64,000 bases of DNA from an uncultured Planctomycetaceae bacterium (GTDB lineage Bacteria > Planctomycetota > Planctomycetia > Planctomycetales > Planctomycetaceae), in NCBI GenBank assembly GCA_963815195.1, contig CAWFGE010000023.1, forward strand, positions 160,001-224,000. The letters are read 5' to 3'. How positions within the stretch are numbered: the stretch's first letter is position 1; each line of letters opens with the position of its first letter. The translations under genes were made by a program, and so were the position numbers. Positions 34,737-43,905 of the stretch are shown here, one piece after another. A model generated the notes under the pieces. It was not told the origin of the DNA. It saw only the letters and a list, made by a program, of their open reading frames with translations, and ran no database searches.

Positions 34737-36215
34737 ATGATTTCACCGCATACACTTCGCCGTCGTCCCGCGCTTGCCCCGATTGCTTTGCCTTCGGGTC
34801 GGGAAATCTCGTCCATTCATCTTGTGGGGATTTGCGGGTCTGGGATGAAAGCGCTGGCGGAACTGGCGGTCGGCTTGGGCTGGAAGGTGAGCGGCTCCGA
34901 TTCCGAGCCGTCTTCGCCCGCCCTCAAAGCCATGGCCCGCCGGGGCTTGCGGATCCATCAAGGCCACAACGACCGCTTCTTGCCGCCGGACGCGGACGTG
35001 CTCGTCTACAGCCCAGCCGTCGCGGCGAGCAATCCCGAACGCCAAATGGCCGCCCGGCTGGGCATTCCGCAAATGTCCTACAGCCAGATGCTCGGGCATT
35101 TGATGCGGCAGAAGACCGGCCTCTCGATCGCCGGCACCCACGGCAAAAGCACCACGACCGCCATGACCGCCACGATTCTCCAGCACGCGGGCCTCGAACC
35201 CTCCGCGATCATCGGGGCCGAGTTGTGCGAAAGCTCGGACTCGCCCGGCGAGGAAAACCACGCCACCAGCGGTTGGGCCGGCGAGGGGAATTACTTCATC
35301 GTCGAAAGCTGCGAATACCAGCGGAGCTTCCTGGCGTTTCATCCCCGGTTCGCGGCGATCACGGGCATCGAACCCGATCATTTCGATTATTACCACAGCT
35401 TCGCCGACACCAAATCCGCCTTTGCCGATTTCGCCGGTCAGGTCGAACCCGCGGGCGTGCTGGTGATCAAAGGCGAATGCGCCGCATCGCGGGAGGTCGC
35501 CTCGGCCGCGGAATGCGACGTGGCCACCTACTCCCGAAAACCCGGAGCCGACTGGTGGGCCGCGGACATCAAACGGACCGAAACCGGCCTCCGGTTTCGG
35601 GTGTTTTATCACGGCTGGTTCTTCTGCGAGGTTTCGCTCAAAGTGCCCGGCCTCCATAACGTCGAAAACGCCCTGGTCGCGATCGCCCTCAGCCATTATG
35701 CCGGCGTCGATCCCGCCGACATCCGCGACAGCCTCTCCCAGTTCCCCGGCATTCGCAGGCGGTTTGAACGCCTGGGTTCCTGGCGGGGCATCGCCTTAAT
35801 CGACGACTACGCCCATCATCCCACCGCCGTCGAAACCACGCTTCGCACGGCCCGCGAATGCTACCAAAACCGCAACATCTGGTGCGTGTTCCAGCCGCAC
35901 CAACTCACCCGACTCAAGGCTTTGATGCCCGAATTCGGCACGGCCTTCACCGACGCCGACCGCGTGATCGTCGCCCCCGTCTTCGCCGCCCGGGAAACCG
36001 CCGATGGCGAATCCGTCGCTGCCGCGGAAGAACTCGCCCGCCTGATTCGCGAATCCGGAACGCCCGCCGAGTTCAAGGCTTCTCTTGACCAAATCACGGC
36101 AACATTAGACGATAACGCCCGGCCAGGAGACGTGCTTCTCACCCTCGGAGCGGGCGACATCAACCGGATTCATCATGAGTTCCATCGACGACTTCAGCGA
36201 CATTCTGGAATATAA
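34737..36215 (+). CDS. murC: UDP-N-acetylmuramate--L-alanine ligase
   Basis: [50 protein letters not shown]; start uncertain. Confidence 0.93.
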   Translation: MISPHTLRRRPALAPIALPSGREISSIHLVGICGSGMKALAELAVGLGWKVSGSDSEPSSPALKAMARRGLRIHQGHNDRFLPPDADVLVYSPAVAASNPERQMAARLGIPQMSYSQMLGHLMRQKTGLSIAGTHGKSTTTAMTATILQHAGLEPSAIIGAELCESSDSPGEENHATSGWAGEGNYFIVESCEYQRSFLAFHPRFAAITGIEPDHFDYYHSFADTKSAFADFAGQVEPAGVLVIKGECAASREVASAAECDVATYSRKPGADWWAADIKRTETGLRFRVFYHGWFFCEVSLKVPGLHNVENALVAIALSHYAGVDPADIRDSLSQFPGIRRRFERLGSWRGIALIDDYAHHPTAVETTLRTARECYQNRNIWCVFQPHQLTRLKALMPEFGTAFTDADRVIVAPVFAARETADGESVAAAEELARLIRESGTPAEFKASLDQITATLDDNARPGDVLLTLGAGDINRIHHEFHRRLQRHSGI

Positions 36216-37053
36216 CAAACCGCTGGCCCCTTTGACGTGGCTCAAAGTCGGCGGGCCGGCCCAGTATTTCCTCGAACCGACCAGCGTCAACGAACTTGTC
36301 GCCGTCATCCGCTGCTGCCACGAAAACAGCATTCCGGTCCGCATGCTCGGCGGCGGCTCGAATCTTTTGATCCGCGACGACGGCGTCAGCGGCGCCGTGC
36401 TGCACCTCGCCCACGAGGCGTTTTCCGAAATCACGCTCGAAGGCTGCGAAGTCCGCGCCGGAGCCGGGGCGCTCTTGTCCAACGTGATTTCCCAATCGGT
36501 CAAAGCCGGCCTCGCGGGGCTGGAACACCTCGCAGGCATCCCCGGCACCATCGGCGGCGCGCTCCGCGGAAACGCCGGCGGCCGCAGCGGCGACATCGGC
36601 CAGTTCGTCAAGAGCGTCCGCGTCGTCACTCTGAGCGGCGAGATTTTCACCCGCACCGACGATGAGCTGTCCTTCGGCTACCGCGCGAGCAGCATCAACG
36701 AGCTGGCCATCATCGACGCCGTCTTCGGGCTCGCCGAGGATGACCCGGACGAAATCACCCGCCGGATGCGGACGCTGTGGATCATGAAAAAAGCCACGCA
36801 GCCCCTGGGCTTCCAGTCGGCCGGCTGCATCTTCAAAAACCCGCGCGGCCTAAGTGCCGGGGCCTTGATCGAACAAGCCGGCCTCAAAGGCACAAAGATC
36901 GGCCACGCCTCGATCAGCGACCGCCACGCGAACTTCATCATCACCGAAGACGCCGCCGCCTTCGAAGACGTCCACCGCTTAATCAACCTCGCCAAATCCC
37001 GCGTCACGGAACAATTCGGCGTGGAGTTGGAACTGGAACTGCAGATCTGGTAA
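36175..37053 (+). CDS. murB: UDP-N-acetylenolpyruvoylglucosamine reductase
   Basis: [45 protein letters not shown]. Confidence 0.96.
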   Translation: MSSIDDFSDILEYNKPLAPLTWLKVGGPAQYFLEPTSVNELVAVIRCCHENSIPVRMLGGGSNLLIRDDGVSGAVLHLAHEAFSEITLEGCEVRAGAGALLSNVISQSVKAGLAGLEHLAGIPGTIGGALRGNAGGRSGDIGQFVKSVRVVTLSGEIFTRTDDELSFGYRASSINELAIIDAVFGLAEDDPDEITRRMRTLWIMKKATQPLGFQSAGCIFKNPRGLSAGALIEQAGLKGTKIGHASISDRHANFIITEDAAAFEDVHRLINLAKSRVTEQFGVELELELQIW

Positions 37054-37057
37054 CAGG

Positions 37058-38127
37058 TGTAGCGTCTCCACTTCGCAGCGCAACACCTCGGTCAGAGTTT
37101 GGAAGGCTTCTTCAATCGTCCAGCGCTTGCGATACAGAAAAGCCACTTTTGCGCATTGGCGACTTTGACAGGCAAGTTGGTCAGGATGTGAATCTCAGTG
37201 TCACCATTCTCTGTGGGCGTATCCAATTGGATGGTGATCCGCCGGACTCGCAACGTCTCTTCACCCTGGGACAGCTCGGCCGACTGCTCGAAAACAAGAC
37301 CCGTTTCGATGCGTCCGATGCGTTTCCGGCGACCGACGAGTTTCCAGGTGAGTGTCGAAGCGTGTTGGCGAATGACAAAGTAGGCCGACTGCTTGACAAT
37401 TCCAAACAGAAACTTGGTCGTGCAGAAGTTCCGGTCGGCGATTGTCACCGTCTCGGCCCGGATCCATTCCAGAAGCTCCGGCAGAAGCGAACGTTCCTGA
37501 GCATGCGCCGTCTTCACACGGGAGCAGTTCCGAAATCAGATCCCACTGCGCATCCAGAAGCGCCAAGGTCTGGCCGGGCAAAGGGCCTTCCCGCGTGACG
37601 CGCAATTCCGCCAGCCGATGCTCAGTCGCCGCCAAATGATTCCCGTCCAAATACTGCACGTGATAGCCCGGCAAAAGTTCGCGGCATGCTCCCGGCATGG
37701 CATCGATGACTTGAGCCGCGTCCTGGCTCGTTTCCCGGATCATCGTCGCCGAAAGGCCGGGTTCCAGACGGTTCAACTTGCCATAAAGTGCGGCCGGCGA
37801 AACCGCCAGTCGATCCTTGGCGGCCAAGTACCCGGCATGGACCGACGTGTGCGTCCGCGTCGCCACGCCCATCATCAGGGCCACCAATTGCGAAAACAGC
37901 AATTCTTTCTCGTATTGTCTCTGCGAAGCGTCGGCGAAAATCTCATCCAGGCGATCCGACGACACAAGATTCTCGAGCGTCGCTCGAACCATCACTGCCG
38001 CTGGACATTCTTCCACAAAACGATCAAGCACAGCGTCGGGCCACATCCTTGCCGCCTCCATAAGGTTTGATACAACAATCCCTGTAGAAGCGACTTATAG
38101 CAAAAAACTAACATGTTGAAAGGGGTG
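37058..38127 (-). mobile_element. Truncated IS4-family insertion sequence (transposase pseudogene)
   Basis: LDGNHL and IADRNFC DDE motifs; YRKRWTIEEAF (YREK) recovered after shifts near 37505 and 37148; homology stops after CEVETL next to the murB stop; candidate left end CACCCCTTTCAACAT at 38127-38113. Confidence 0.85.
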
Positions 38128-38188
38128 GGTGGGCACCGCCCACCAGCATCAGAAATCACAAGCATCTGGTGGGCGATGCCCACCCTAC
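38128..38188. repeat. GTAG-type REP doublet (REPIN)
   Basis: GGTGGGCACCGCCCACC ... GGTGGGCGATGCCCACCCTAC in inverted orientation. Confidence 0.85.
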
Positions 38189-38191
38189 TTG

Positions 38192-38234
38192 CTCTTGGGC
38201 TTCGCCCCCAGGTTGGCAAGCAACCTGGGCCACC
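38192..38234. repeat. Half copy of the CCCAGGTTG/CAACCTGGG REPIN
   Basis: 43 bp identical to 39082-39124. Confidence 0.9.
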
Positions 38235-38273
38235 GCGCGTTGAAATCCGATTTTTGATAAGAGGTTTCCTTAA

Positions 38274-38843
38274 ATGAATCGATCATTTTTATCATTGTTT
38301 TTCCTGACCTGTTTATTCATTGTTTCTCCATTAATATGCCCAATTGCTAACAGTGCTGATCCTGGGTTTTCCAGTGGAGCTTTCGAGAAACTTAAGGAGT
38401 TCGACTTTCGCATAAATGATCTTCGGATTCGTGACGGACGAATCTTCGCAGATTGTCGCTTGATATACCTAAAACGGACGCCCAATGCCCCACGTTTCGT
38501 TTTGATCGACGCAGATAGGCTGCCTTGGTCTGATACCACTCGTCATGCATTTGAGATAACGGGTATACCTAAAAAATTGGCAGCATGTAGAATCGGTTAC
38601 TCATGCGGTGATTATGTTCGTTTATGTGTCCGCTCGATAAGGCTAGAGGCAGGAAAGCCGATTCGCGGTGAAATGGACGTGACGCGGTATTTTCGTAGGG
38701 ACGTTCCGACGACAAGCTTTGATGAACTCAAAGGTGAGGTCAAAAATCTGCGTGTCGTGGGACTCGTAGTATTTAGTAATGGGACGAAATGGTCAAGCGG
38801 TTTGGCATTTTCTCACGTGCGCGACTGTCGTAGAATTGACTGA
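38274..38843 (+). CDS. AT-rich orphan, probably secreted
   Basis: 189-aa ORF with hydrophobic signal-like N-terminus; visibly lower GC than flanks. Confidence 0.65.
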   Translation: MNRSFLSLFFLTCLFIVSPLICPIANSADPGFSSGAFEKLKEFDFRINDLRIRDGRIFADCRLIYLKRTPNAPRFVLIDADRLPWSDTTRHAFEITGIPKKLAACRIGYSCGDYVRLCVRSIRLEAGKPIRGEMDVTRYFRRDVPTTSFDELKGEVKNLRVVGLVVFSNGTKWSSGLAFSHVRDCRRID

Positions 38844-38877
38844 TTCTGCTCAGCGAAGTCGTGCGGGCCGGAAATTC

Positions 38878-39129
38878 CGCGGGGTGGCCCAGGTTGCTTG
38901 CAACCTGGGTCGCGCAGCGACAAGAGGTTATTATGGTCGAGGAAGAGGTGTCACAGATTACCCGTTGAGAACAAACCTCTTGGGCTTCGCCCCCAGGTTG
39001 GCAAGCAACCTGGGTCGCGCAGCGACAAGAGGTTATCATGGTCGAGTAAGAGGTGTCACAGATTACCCGTTGAGAACAAACCTCTTGGGCTTCGCCCCCA
39101 GGTTGGCAAGCAACCTGGGCCACCCCGCG
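38878..39129. repeat. REPIN/MITE-like element with 24-bp terminal inverted repeats and an internal 105-bp tandem duplication
   Basis: CGCGGGGTGGCCCAGGTTGCTTGC (38878-38901) inverted at 39106-39129; GCAACCTGGG recurs at 38900, 39005, 39110; the two units differ at 2 positions. Confidence 0.9.
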
Positions 39130-39175
39130 ATCAACGTTTTGGGAATAGGTGCATCCTCCGCCTTATTCCAGCGAA

Positions 39176-39244
39176 GTAGGGTCCGCTGTGCGGACCGTTC
39201 CTTCCGATAGGGATCGTCAAAAACGGTCCGCACAGCGGACCTAC
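39176..39244. repeat. GTAG-type REP doublet (REPIN)
   Basis: GTAGGGTCCGCTGTGCGGACCGTT ... AACGGTCCGCACAGCGGACCTAC. Confidence 0.9.
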
Positions 39245-39274
39245 ATCAACTGATTTTTCTTGGAATCCGTAACA

Positions 39275-39382
39275 ATGGTTCGAATTCCATTCCTCATCGT
39301 TGTTTCGCTGTTGCAATGTCAGCCTTTCCTCTTGGCCGATGATCCGCCGACGAAGCACGAGATTTTCTCCATTAGTGAGTAG
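39275..39382 (+). pseudogene. 35-codon signal-peptide gene stub ending at a REP
   Basis: MVRIPFLIVVSLLQCQPFLLA-DDPPTKHEIFSISE*; the TAG stop is inside the GTAG of the REP at 39379. Confidence 0.45.
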
Positions 39383-39402
39383 GGTCGGCTGTGCCGGCCG
39401 TT
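39379..39402 (+). repeat. Single GTAG-type REP, variant of the 39176 family
   Basis: GTAGGGTCGGCTGTGCCGGCCGTT with a compensatory stem change. Confidence 0.8.
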
Positions 39403-39495
39403 TGTGGTCTGAAAGTTGATACTACGATTTCACGCGCCAATTGGCCGGCCCGCCTCGCTTAACAAGCAGCCGGAAACGAAGGGGGCGAAGGTGGG

Positions 39496-39810
39496 ATGAT
39501 GGAGGAGGTCAAGTCGGTTTGTGCTCAATGTAACGCGCCCGCGGAATCGCGTTGTCAAAAGTGCGGGGCCCCGGTCTGCGCCGCCCATTTACAAGCCGTT
39601 TACGAAATGGCCCTGCGAGATGTCCTGTCGTCTTTTTGGGGCGGCTTTTTCGCGTCCGCGCACGAAAAGTTTCGAGTTTGCCGTCTATGTCACAAGACGA
39701 TGAGGCGGCGAAACATAAAAGCCATGTTGGCGATCCCAGGCGCAGCTTTGGCGATGTTGCTCATTGTCATCGTCTTGGCGACAGTGGCCCATTACCTTTG
39801 GGCACCGTAA
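39496..39810 (+). CDS. Small Cys-rich (Zn-finger-like) membrane protein
   Basis: CAQC, CQKC, CAAH, CRLC plus C-terminal TM helix. Confidence 0.65.
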   Translation: MMEEVKSVCAQCNAPAESRCQKCGAPVCAAHLQAVYEMALRDVLSSFWGGFFASAHEKFRVCRLCHKTMRRRNIKAMLAIPGAALAMLLIVIVLATVAHYLWAP

Positions 39811-39894
39811 CCGCAGTGCGTTTGTTTCAGATTGCTTGCAACCCGCGTTCCGAAGTCACACGAATCAAAGACAGATCCCAAGGAGGGGAACACC

Positions 39895-40145
39895 ATGCAG
39901 ACTTCCAACAAACCTCGCATCGTCATCGTAGCCGGCGGAACTTCGGCGGAGCGGGAGGTGAGTTTGGCCGGGGGGCGGGCGGTGGCTTTGGGCCTGGAAG
40001 CTCGGGGCCTGGAAACGGTTTGGCTGGACCCGGCGGAGGGTTCGATCGAAACTTTTGACTGGCGGGGCGGGGATGTGGCGTTTCTCGTGTTGCACGGCGA
40101 GTTCGGCGAAGATGGGCAGGTCCAATCGCTGTTGGACGAGCGGGG
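39895..40145 (+). pseudogene. ddl: 5' fragment (~84 codons) of D-Ala-D-Ala ligase
   Basis: MQTSNKPRIVIVAGGTSAEREVSL...LHGEFGEDGQVQSLLDERG with AGGAGG RBS, then homology ends; 39955-40145 matches 43966-44156 with 1 mismatch. Confidence 0.92.
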
Positions 40146-40469
40146 CTCCTATTCCCGTTGTTGCCATCCGATGAAACCAACGACTCGCAACAGCCTAGTG
40201 CGGCAGTCTCTTCCCCGCAGGAGCCTGCCGTACATGATTCTCACGGATGACAATTCCAGTTTTGGCCTCCATACCGCCCCATAGCCTTCACAAGACATGG
40301 GAATCTGGATAAACTCGTCCCTAATTCGATTTGGCAGGAACGGATTCTACAGCCATCGCGCTTTGTTTTTTTTCAAATGTGCCAGGCCGTTTCCTGCGAG
40401 GCTCGCATGGTTTTTTCTGGTGGGCCTGCATTTTAACGCGCAACAATTCATTATCCATTGATGAATCAC

Positions 40470-40970
40470 ATGAGTGATCCGACGACAAAACCTGATGCAA
40501 CGGAAAACCGGCGGTCTTTTTTGGAACGGCTTTCCACGTTCTTCATGGCCGGCGGTTTGCTGGCGGGGTATGGAACGTTTGCGGCCTATTTGCTGCGGTT
40601 TTTGTTTCCCGGCGACAATCATCAGACCGGGTGGCAATATGTGGCCAGTTTGTCGAACGTGCCGGTGGGGAGTTCGATGACCTATACCTCGCCCGCCGGC
40701 CAGCGGGTCGTGATCTCGCGATTGGGGAGCGAGGGGAACGTCAACGACTTGATCGCCTTATCGAGCGTGTGCCCGCATTTGGGTTGCCAGGTGCACTGGG
40801 AGGTGCAAAATAACCGGTTCTTCTGTCCTTGTCACAACGGGGCTTTCGATCCGCAAGGCAACCCCCTTTCCGGTCCCGTGAAAGAGGCCAACCAGTCTTT
40901 GGCCCGCTATCCCCTGAAGATTGAGAAAAACCTGTTGTACATCGATGTGAATCTGAAACCTCTCGTCTGA
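40470..40970 (+). CDS. Rieske [2Fe-2S] subunit of a Rieske/cytochrome b complex
   Basis: Tat motif NRRSFL plus TM, CPHLGC and CPCHNGAFD. Confidence 0.93.
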   Translation: MSDPTTKPDATENRRSFLERLSTFFMAGGLLAGYGTFAAYLLRFLFPGDNHQTGWQYVASLSNVPVGSSMTYTSPAGQRVVISRLGSEGNVNDLIALSSVCPHLGCQVHWEVQNNRFFCPCHNGAFDPQGNPLSGPVKEANQSLARYPLKIEKNLLYIDVNLKPLV

Positions 40971-41017
40971 CGCGCGGCAGATTATTCACCGGAAAAGAAT
41001 CCTCCCCAGCAATCAGG

Positions 41018-42076
41018 ATGGCCGTGATGCCCGGAATCTCCAAATGGGTTAAAGAACGCGTTCCCGTCTCCGGCGTGCAACTGGCCGAGCTGACGAACGA
41101 ACCCGTGCCCAACCATCTTAGGCGGTGGTGGTTCTGTTTGGGCGGCACGCCGGCCTATTTGTTTGTCGTGCAGATCGTCACCGGGATCTTCCTTGCGTTT
41201 TATTATCAACCCGCCCCCGCGACCGCCTATCAATCGGTCGAACGGATTACCGAACAGATCCAATACGGCTGGTACGTGCGCGGCGTGCACAAATGGGGGG
41301 CGACGCTGATGATCGCCGCCGTGATTTTGCACCAGATGCGCGTGTATTTCACGGCGGCCTATCGCAAGCCGCGCGAAATCAATTGGATGATCGGCATGGG
41401 CCTGCTCTTGTGCACTTTGCTCATTGGGTTTACGGGCTACAGCCTCGTGTTCGAGCAGTTGAGCTATTGGGGGGCGACCGTCGCGGCCAATATTTCCGAT
41501 CAAATTCCCGTCGTGGGCGGCTGGGCCAAACAAATGCTCCTGGCAGGGGCGGCCTACAACGAAAACACCGTGTCCCGATTTTACATTCTGCACGCGGCGG
41601 TGCTGCCCGCCCTGTTGATTTTGATGCTCATCGTGCACATCGCGCTGATCCGCTTGCAGGGGGTGTCTGAACTTCAGTTTGAGGATGAACCGGAAGAAGG
41701 GCCTCGCACGTTCAATTTTTTCCCGGACCATCTCTACACGGAGTTGATCGTGGGATTGATTCTGATGGTGGTTCTCAGCGTGCTCGCCACGGTGTTTCCT
41801 CCCGAAATGGGACCCAAAGCCGACCCATTGACCACGCCGGAGGTCATCAAACCGGAATGGTTTTTCTATGCGACCTTCCGCTGGTTGAAATTGTTCTCCG
41901 GAATGACGGCGGTCCTCAGCATGGGCTTTATCGTCTTTGTCATGTTGATTTGGCCGTTTATCGACGCCTGGCTCTGCCGAGTCACCGGGCGGGACGATGC
42001 CAATGTTTGGGTCGGCATCGTCGGCGTATTTTTATTGGTGGGACTGACGATTTGGGAAGCCGCCGTGGCCCATTGA
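41018..42076 (+). CDS. Cytochrome b (b6 plus subunit IV fusion)
   Basis: WFCLGG, RGVHKWGA..ILHQMRV, SYWGATV, RFYILHAAVLP..VHI, KPEWFF. Confidence 0.93.
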   Translation: MAVMPGISKWVKERVPVSGVQLAELTNEPVPNHLRRWWFCLGGTPAYLFVVQIVTGIFLAFYYQPAPATAYQSVERITEQIQYGWYVRGVHKWGATLMIAAVILHQMRVYFTAAYRKPREINWMIGMGLLLCTLLIGFTGYSLVFEQLSYWGATVAANISDQIPVVGGWAKQMLLAGAAYNENTVSRFYILHAAVLPALLILMLIVHIALIRLQGVSELQFEDEPEEGPRTFNFFPDHLYTELIVGLILMVVLSVLATVFPPEMGPKADPLTTPEVIKPEWFFYATFRWLKLFSGMTAVLSMGFIVFVMLIWPFIDAWLCRVTGRDDANVWVGIVGVFLLVGLTIWEAAVAH

Positions 42077-42134
42077 ATCGGGGATTCTCAAGACATTTGC
42101 AACATCTTTCGCTTTAAAACGGATTCGACTTCAC

Positions 42135-43824
42135 ATGAAGCTCCAAACAAAACGAATTGTGATTGGCCTCTTGGGGTTCTTGTTTTTGTTATCGCTGGTG
42201 TTTGTGCAGGGCATGGAAGTTTTAAGGCGTCGGCAAGAGGCGGGGCTTTCCAACGCCCTGACCGCCATCCCGGTGAAGTCCAAAAACTGCGTGGAATGCC
42301 ACGGCCAGGCGACGCAGACGCCGGGCATCGTCGATCATTGGGAAGGCAGCACCCATGCCAAGAAGGGCGTGGGCTGCGTGGAATGCCACCAGGCACAAAA
42401 AAACGATGTGGACGGCTTCGAGCACTACGGGGCCTGGATTGCAACCATCGTGACCCCCAAGGACTGCTCGCGCTGCCATCAGAAAGAGTTCGAGGAATTC
42501 GAACACAGCCACCACGCCAAGGCGGGCAATATCCTGGCGTCGCTGGATAACTTCCTCGCCGAGAAAGTCGAAGGTTTTCGGGATGATGACAGCAATCGTC
42601 ACTTTTTCAATCCCCACTCGCCCACGCCGGGCCGGCCTGAAATCGACGAGGTGAATGGTCTGTCCAGCGCAGTTCGTCGGCTGCCAACAATGCCACGGCA
42701 GCAAGGTGGCGCTGGTTGGCAAGGACGGTTCCCGGATTACGATGGATGACCTCAAACCGGACGAAAAGGGCGTCCCCACGAATTTGCCGGTTTTGGAGAA
42801 CATCGTAAAAAAAGAAGGACGCCCCGTATTTCATGTGGGGTCTTGGCCCAATACAGGCATCGGCCGGATCAACTTGGACGGTTCGCTTGGGTCGTGCTCG
42901 GCTTGCCACAGCCGCCACGATTTCTCTCCCCGCCGGGCACGCCAACCCGAAAACTGCGGCAAATGCCACCTGGGCCCGGACCATCCCCAAAAGGAAATCT
43001 ATGAGGAATCAAAGCACGGCGTGGCCTATCGCGACTTGAAAGATCAAATGAATCTGGATGCCAAGGAATGGATTCTCGGCAAGGATTACACGCAAGCGCC
43101 GACCTGCGCGACGTGCCACATGTCGGGGCACTCGCGGAATCAAGGCGAAGTAACGCACGACCCCGGCAAACGGATTTCCTGGACGAATCGTCCCCCCATA
43201 AGTCTGGTGATGGACACGGACAAGAATGGGCAAATCATTAAAGAAACCGATCCTGTTGAGCGAAGAAAACTCATCAAGATCTCAGCCGAAGAACGCCGCA
43301 CCAACATGAAACAAGTCTGCCTCCACTGCCATACACCGAGTTATGTGGATTCGTTCTACAAACAATATGACGATTTTGTGGTGCTTTATAACGAAAAGTT
43401 TGCCAAGCCCGGTGAAGCGATCATGGGGGCGTTGAAAGCGCAGAAGCTGCTCACGCCTACGCAGTTCGATGAAGAAATCGAATGGACGTGGTTCTATTTG
43501 TGGCATCATGAAGGCCGCCGGGCGCGGCATGGAGCGGCCATGATGGCTCCGGACTACGCGCATTGGCATGGGATGTTTGAAGTGGCGGATCGCTTTTACA
43601 TGCACCTCATCCCGCAGGCCCAAGAAATCGCGCAACAGGCCGAGGAGCAAGGAAAGACCGAGGCCGCCAATGCGGTCCAGGCCGTGATCGACGGAATTCT
43701 GGCGCGTCCCGAACATCGTTGGAAGTCCAAGGATTTGGGCGGCGGTGAGGCCGTCAAAAACAACGCAGCGGATGCGGGCAACAAACCCAATCCCGCTGCC
43801 AATGCCGAAAAGCCCACGAAGTGA
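42135..43824 (+). CDS. Membrane-anchored octaheme cytochrome c of the HAO family (frameshift near 42675)
   Basis: 8 CxxCH motifs (CVECH x2, CSRCH, CQQCH, CSACH, CGKCH, CATCH, CLHCH); CHLGPDHPQKEIYEESKHG and HHEGRRARHGAAMMAPDYAHWHG; N-terminal TM. Confidence 0.88.
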
Positions 43825-43905
43825 AGGAAGAAACAAAGAGGAACCGTCCGCAGAGTTGACGGTGCCTTCATTTAAGTGTTGCAACAAATCCAAGGAGGGA
43901 AGATC

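Noticed and set aside
38128..39402. Integron attC cassette array
   Set aside because: No intI, and the palindromes have REP-type feet rather than a clear RYYYAAC/GTTRRRY attC layout.
42135..43824. Evidence for anammox or ammonia oxidation
   Set aside because: No hzs, hdh, amo or cycAB context; the cross-link Tyr appears absent; the surrounding genes look like heterotrophic Planctomycetia.
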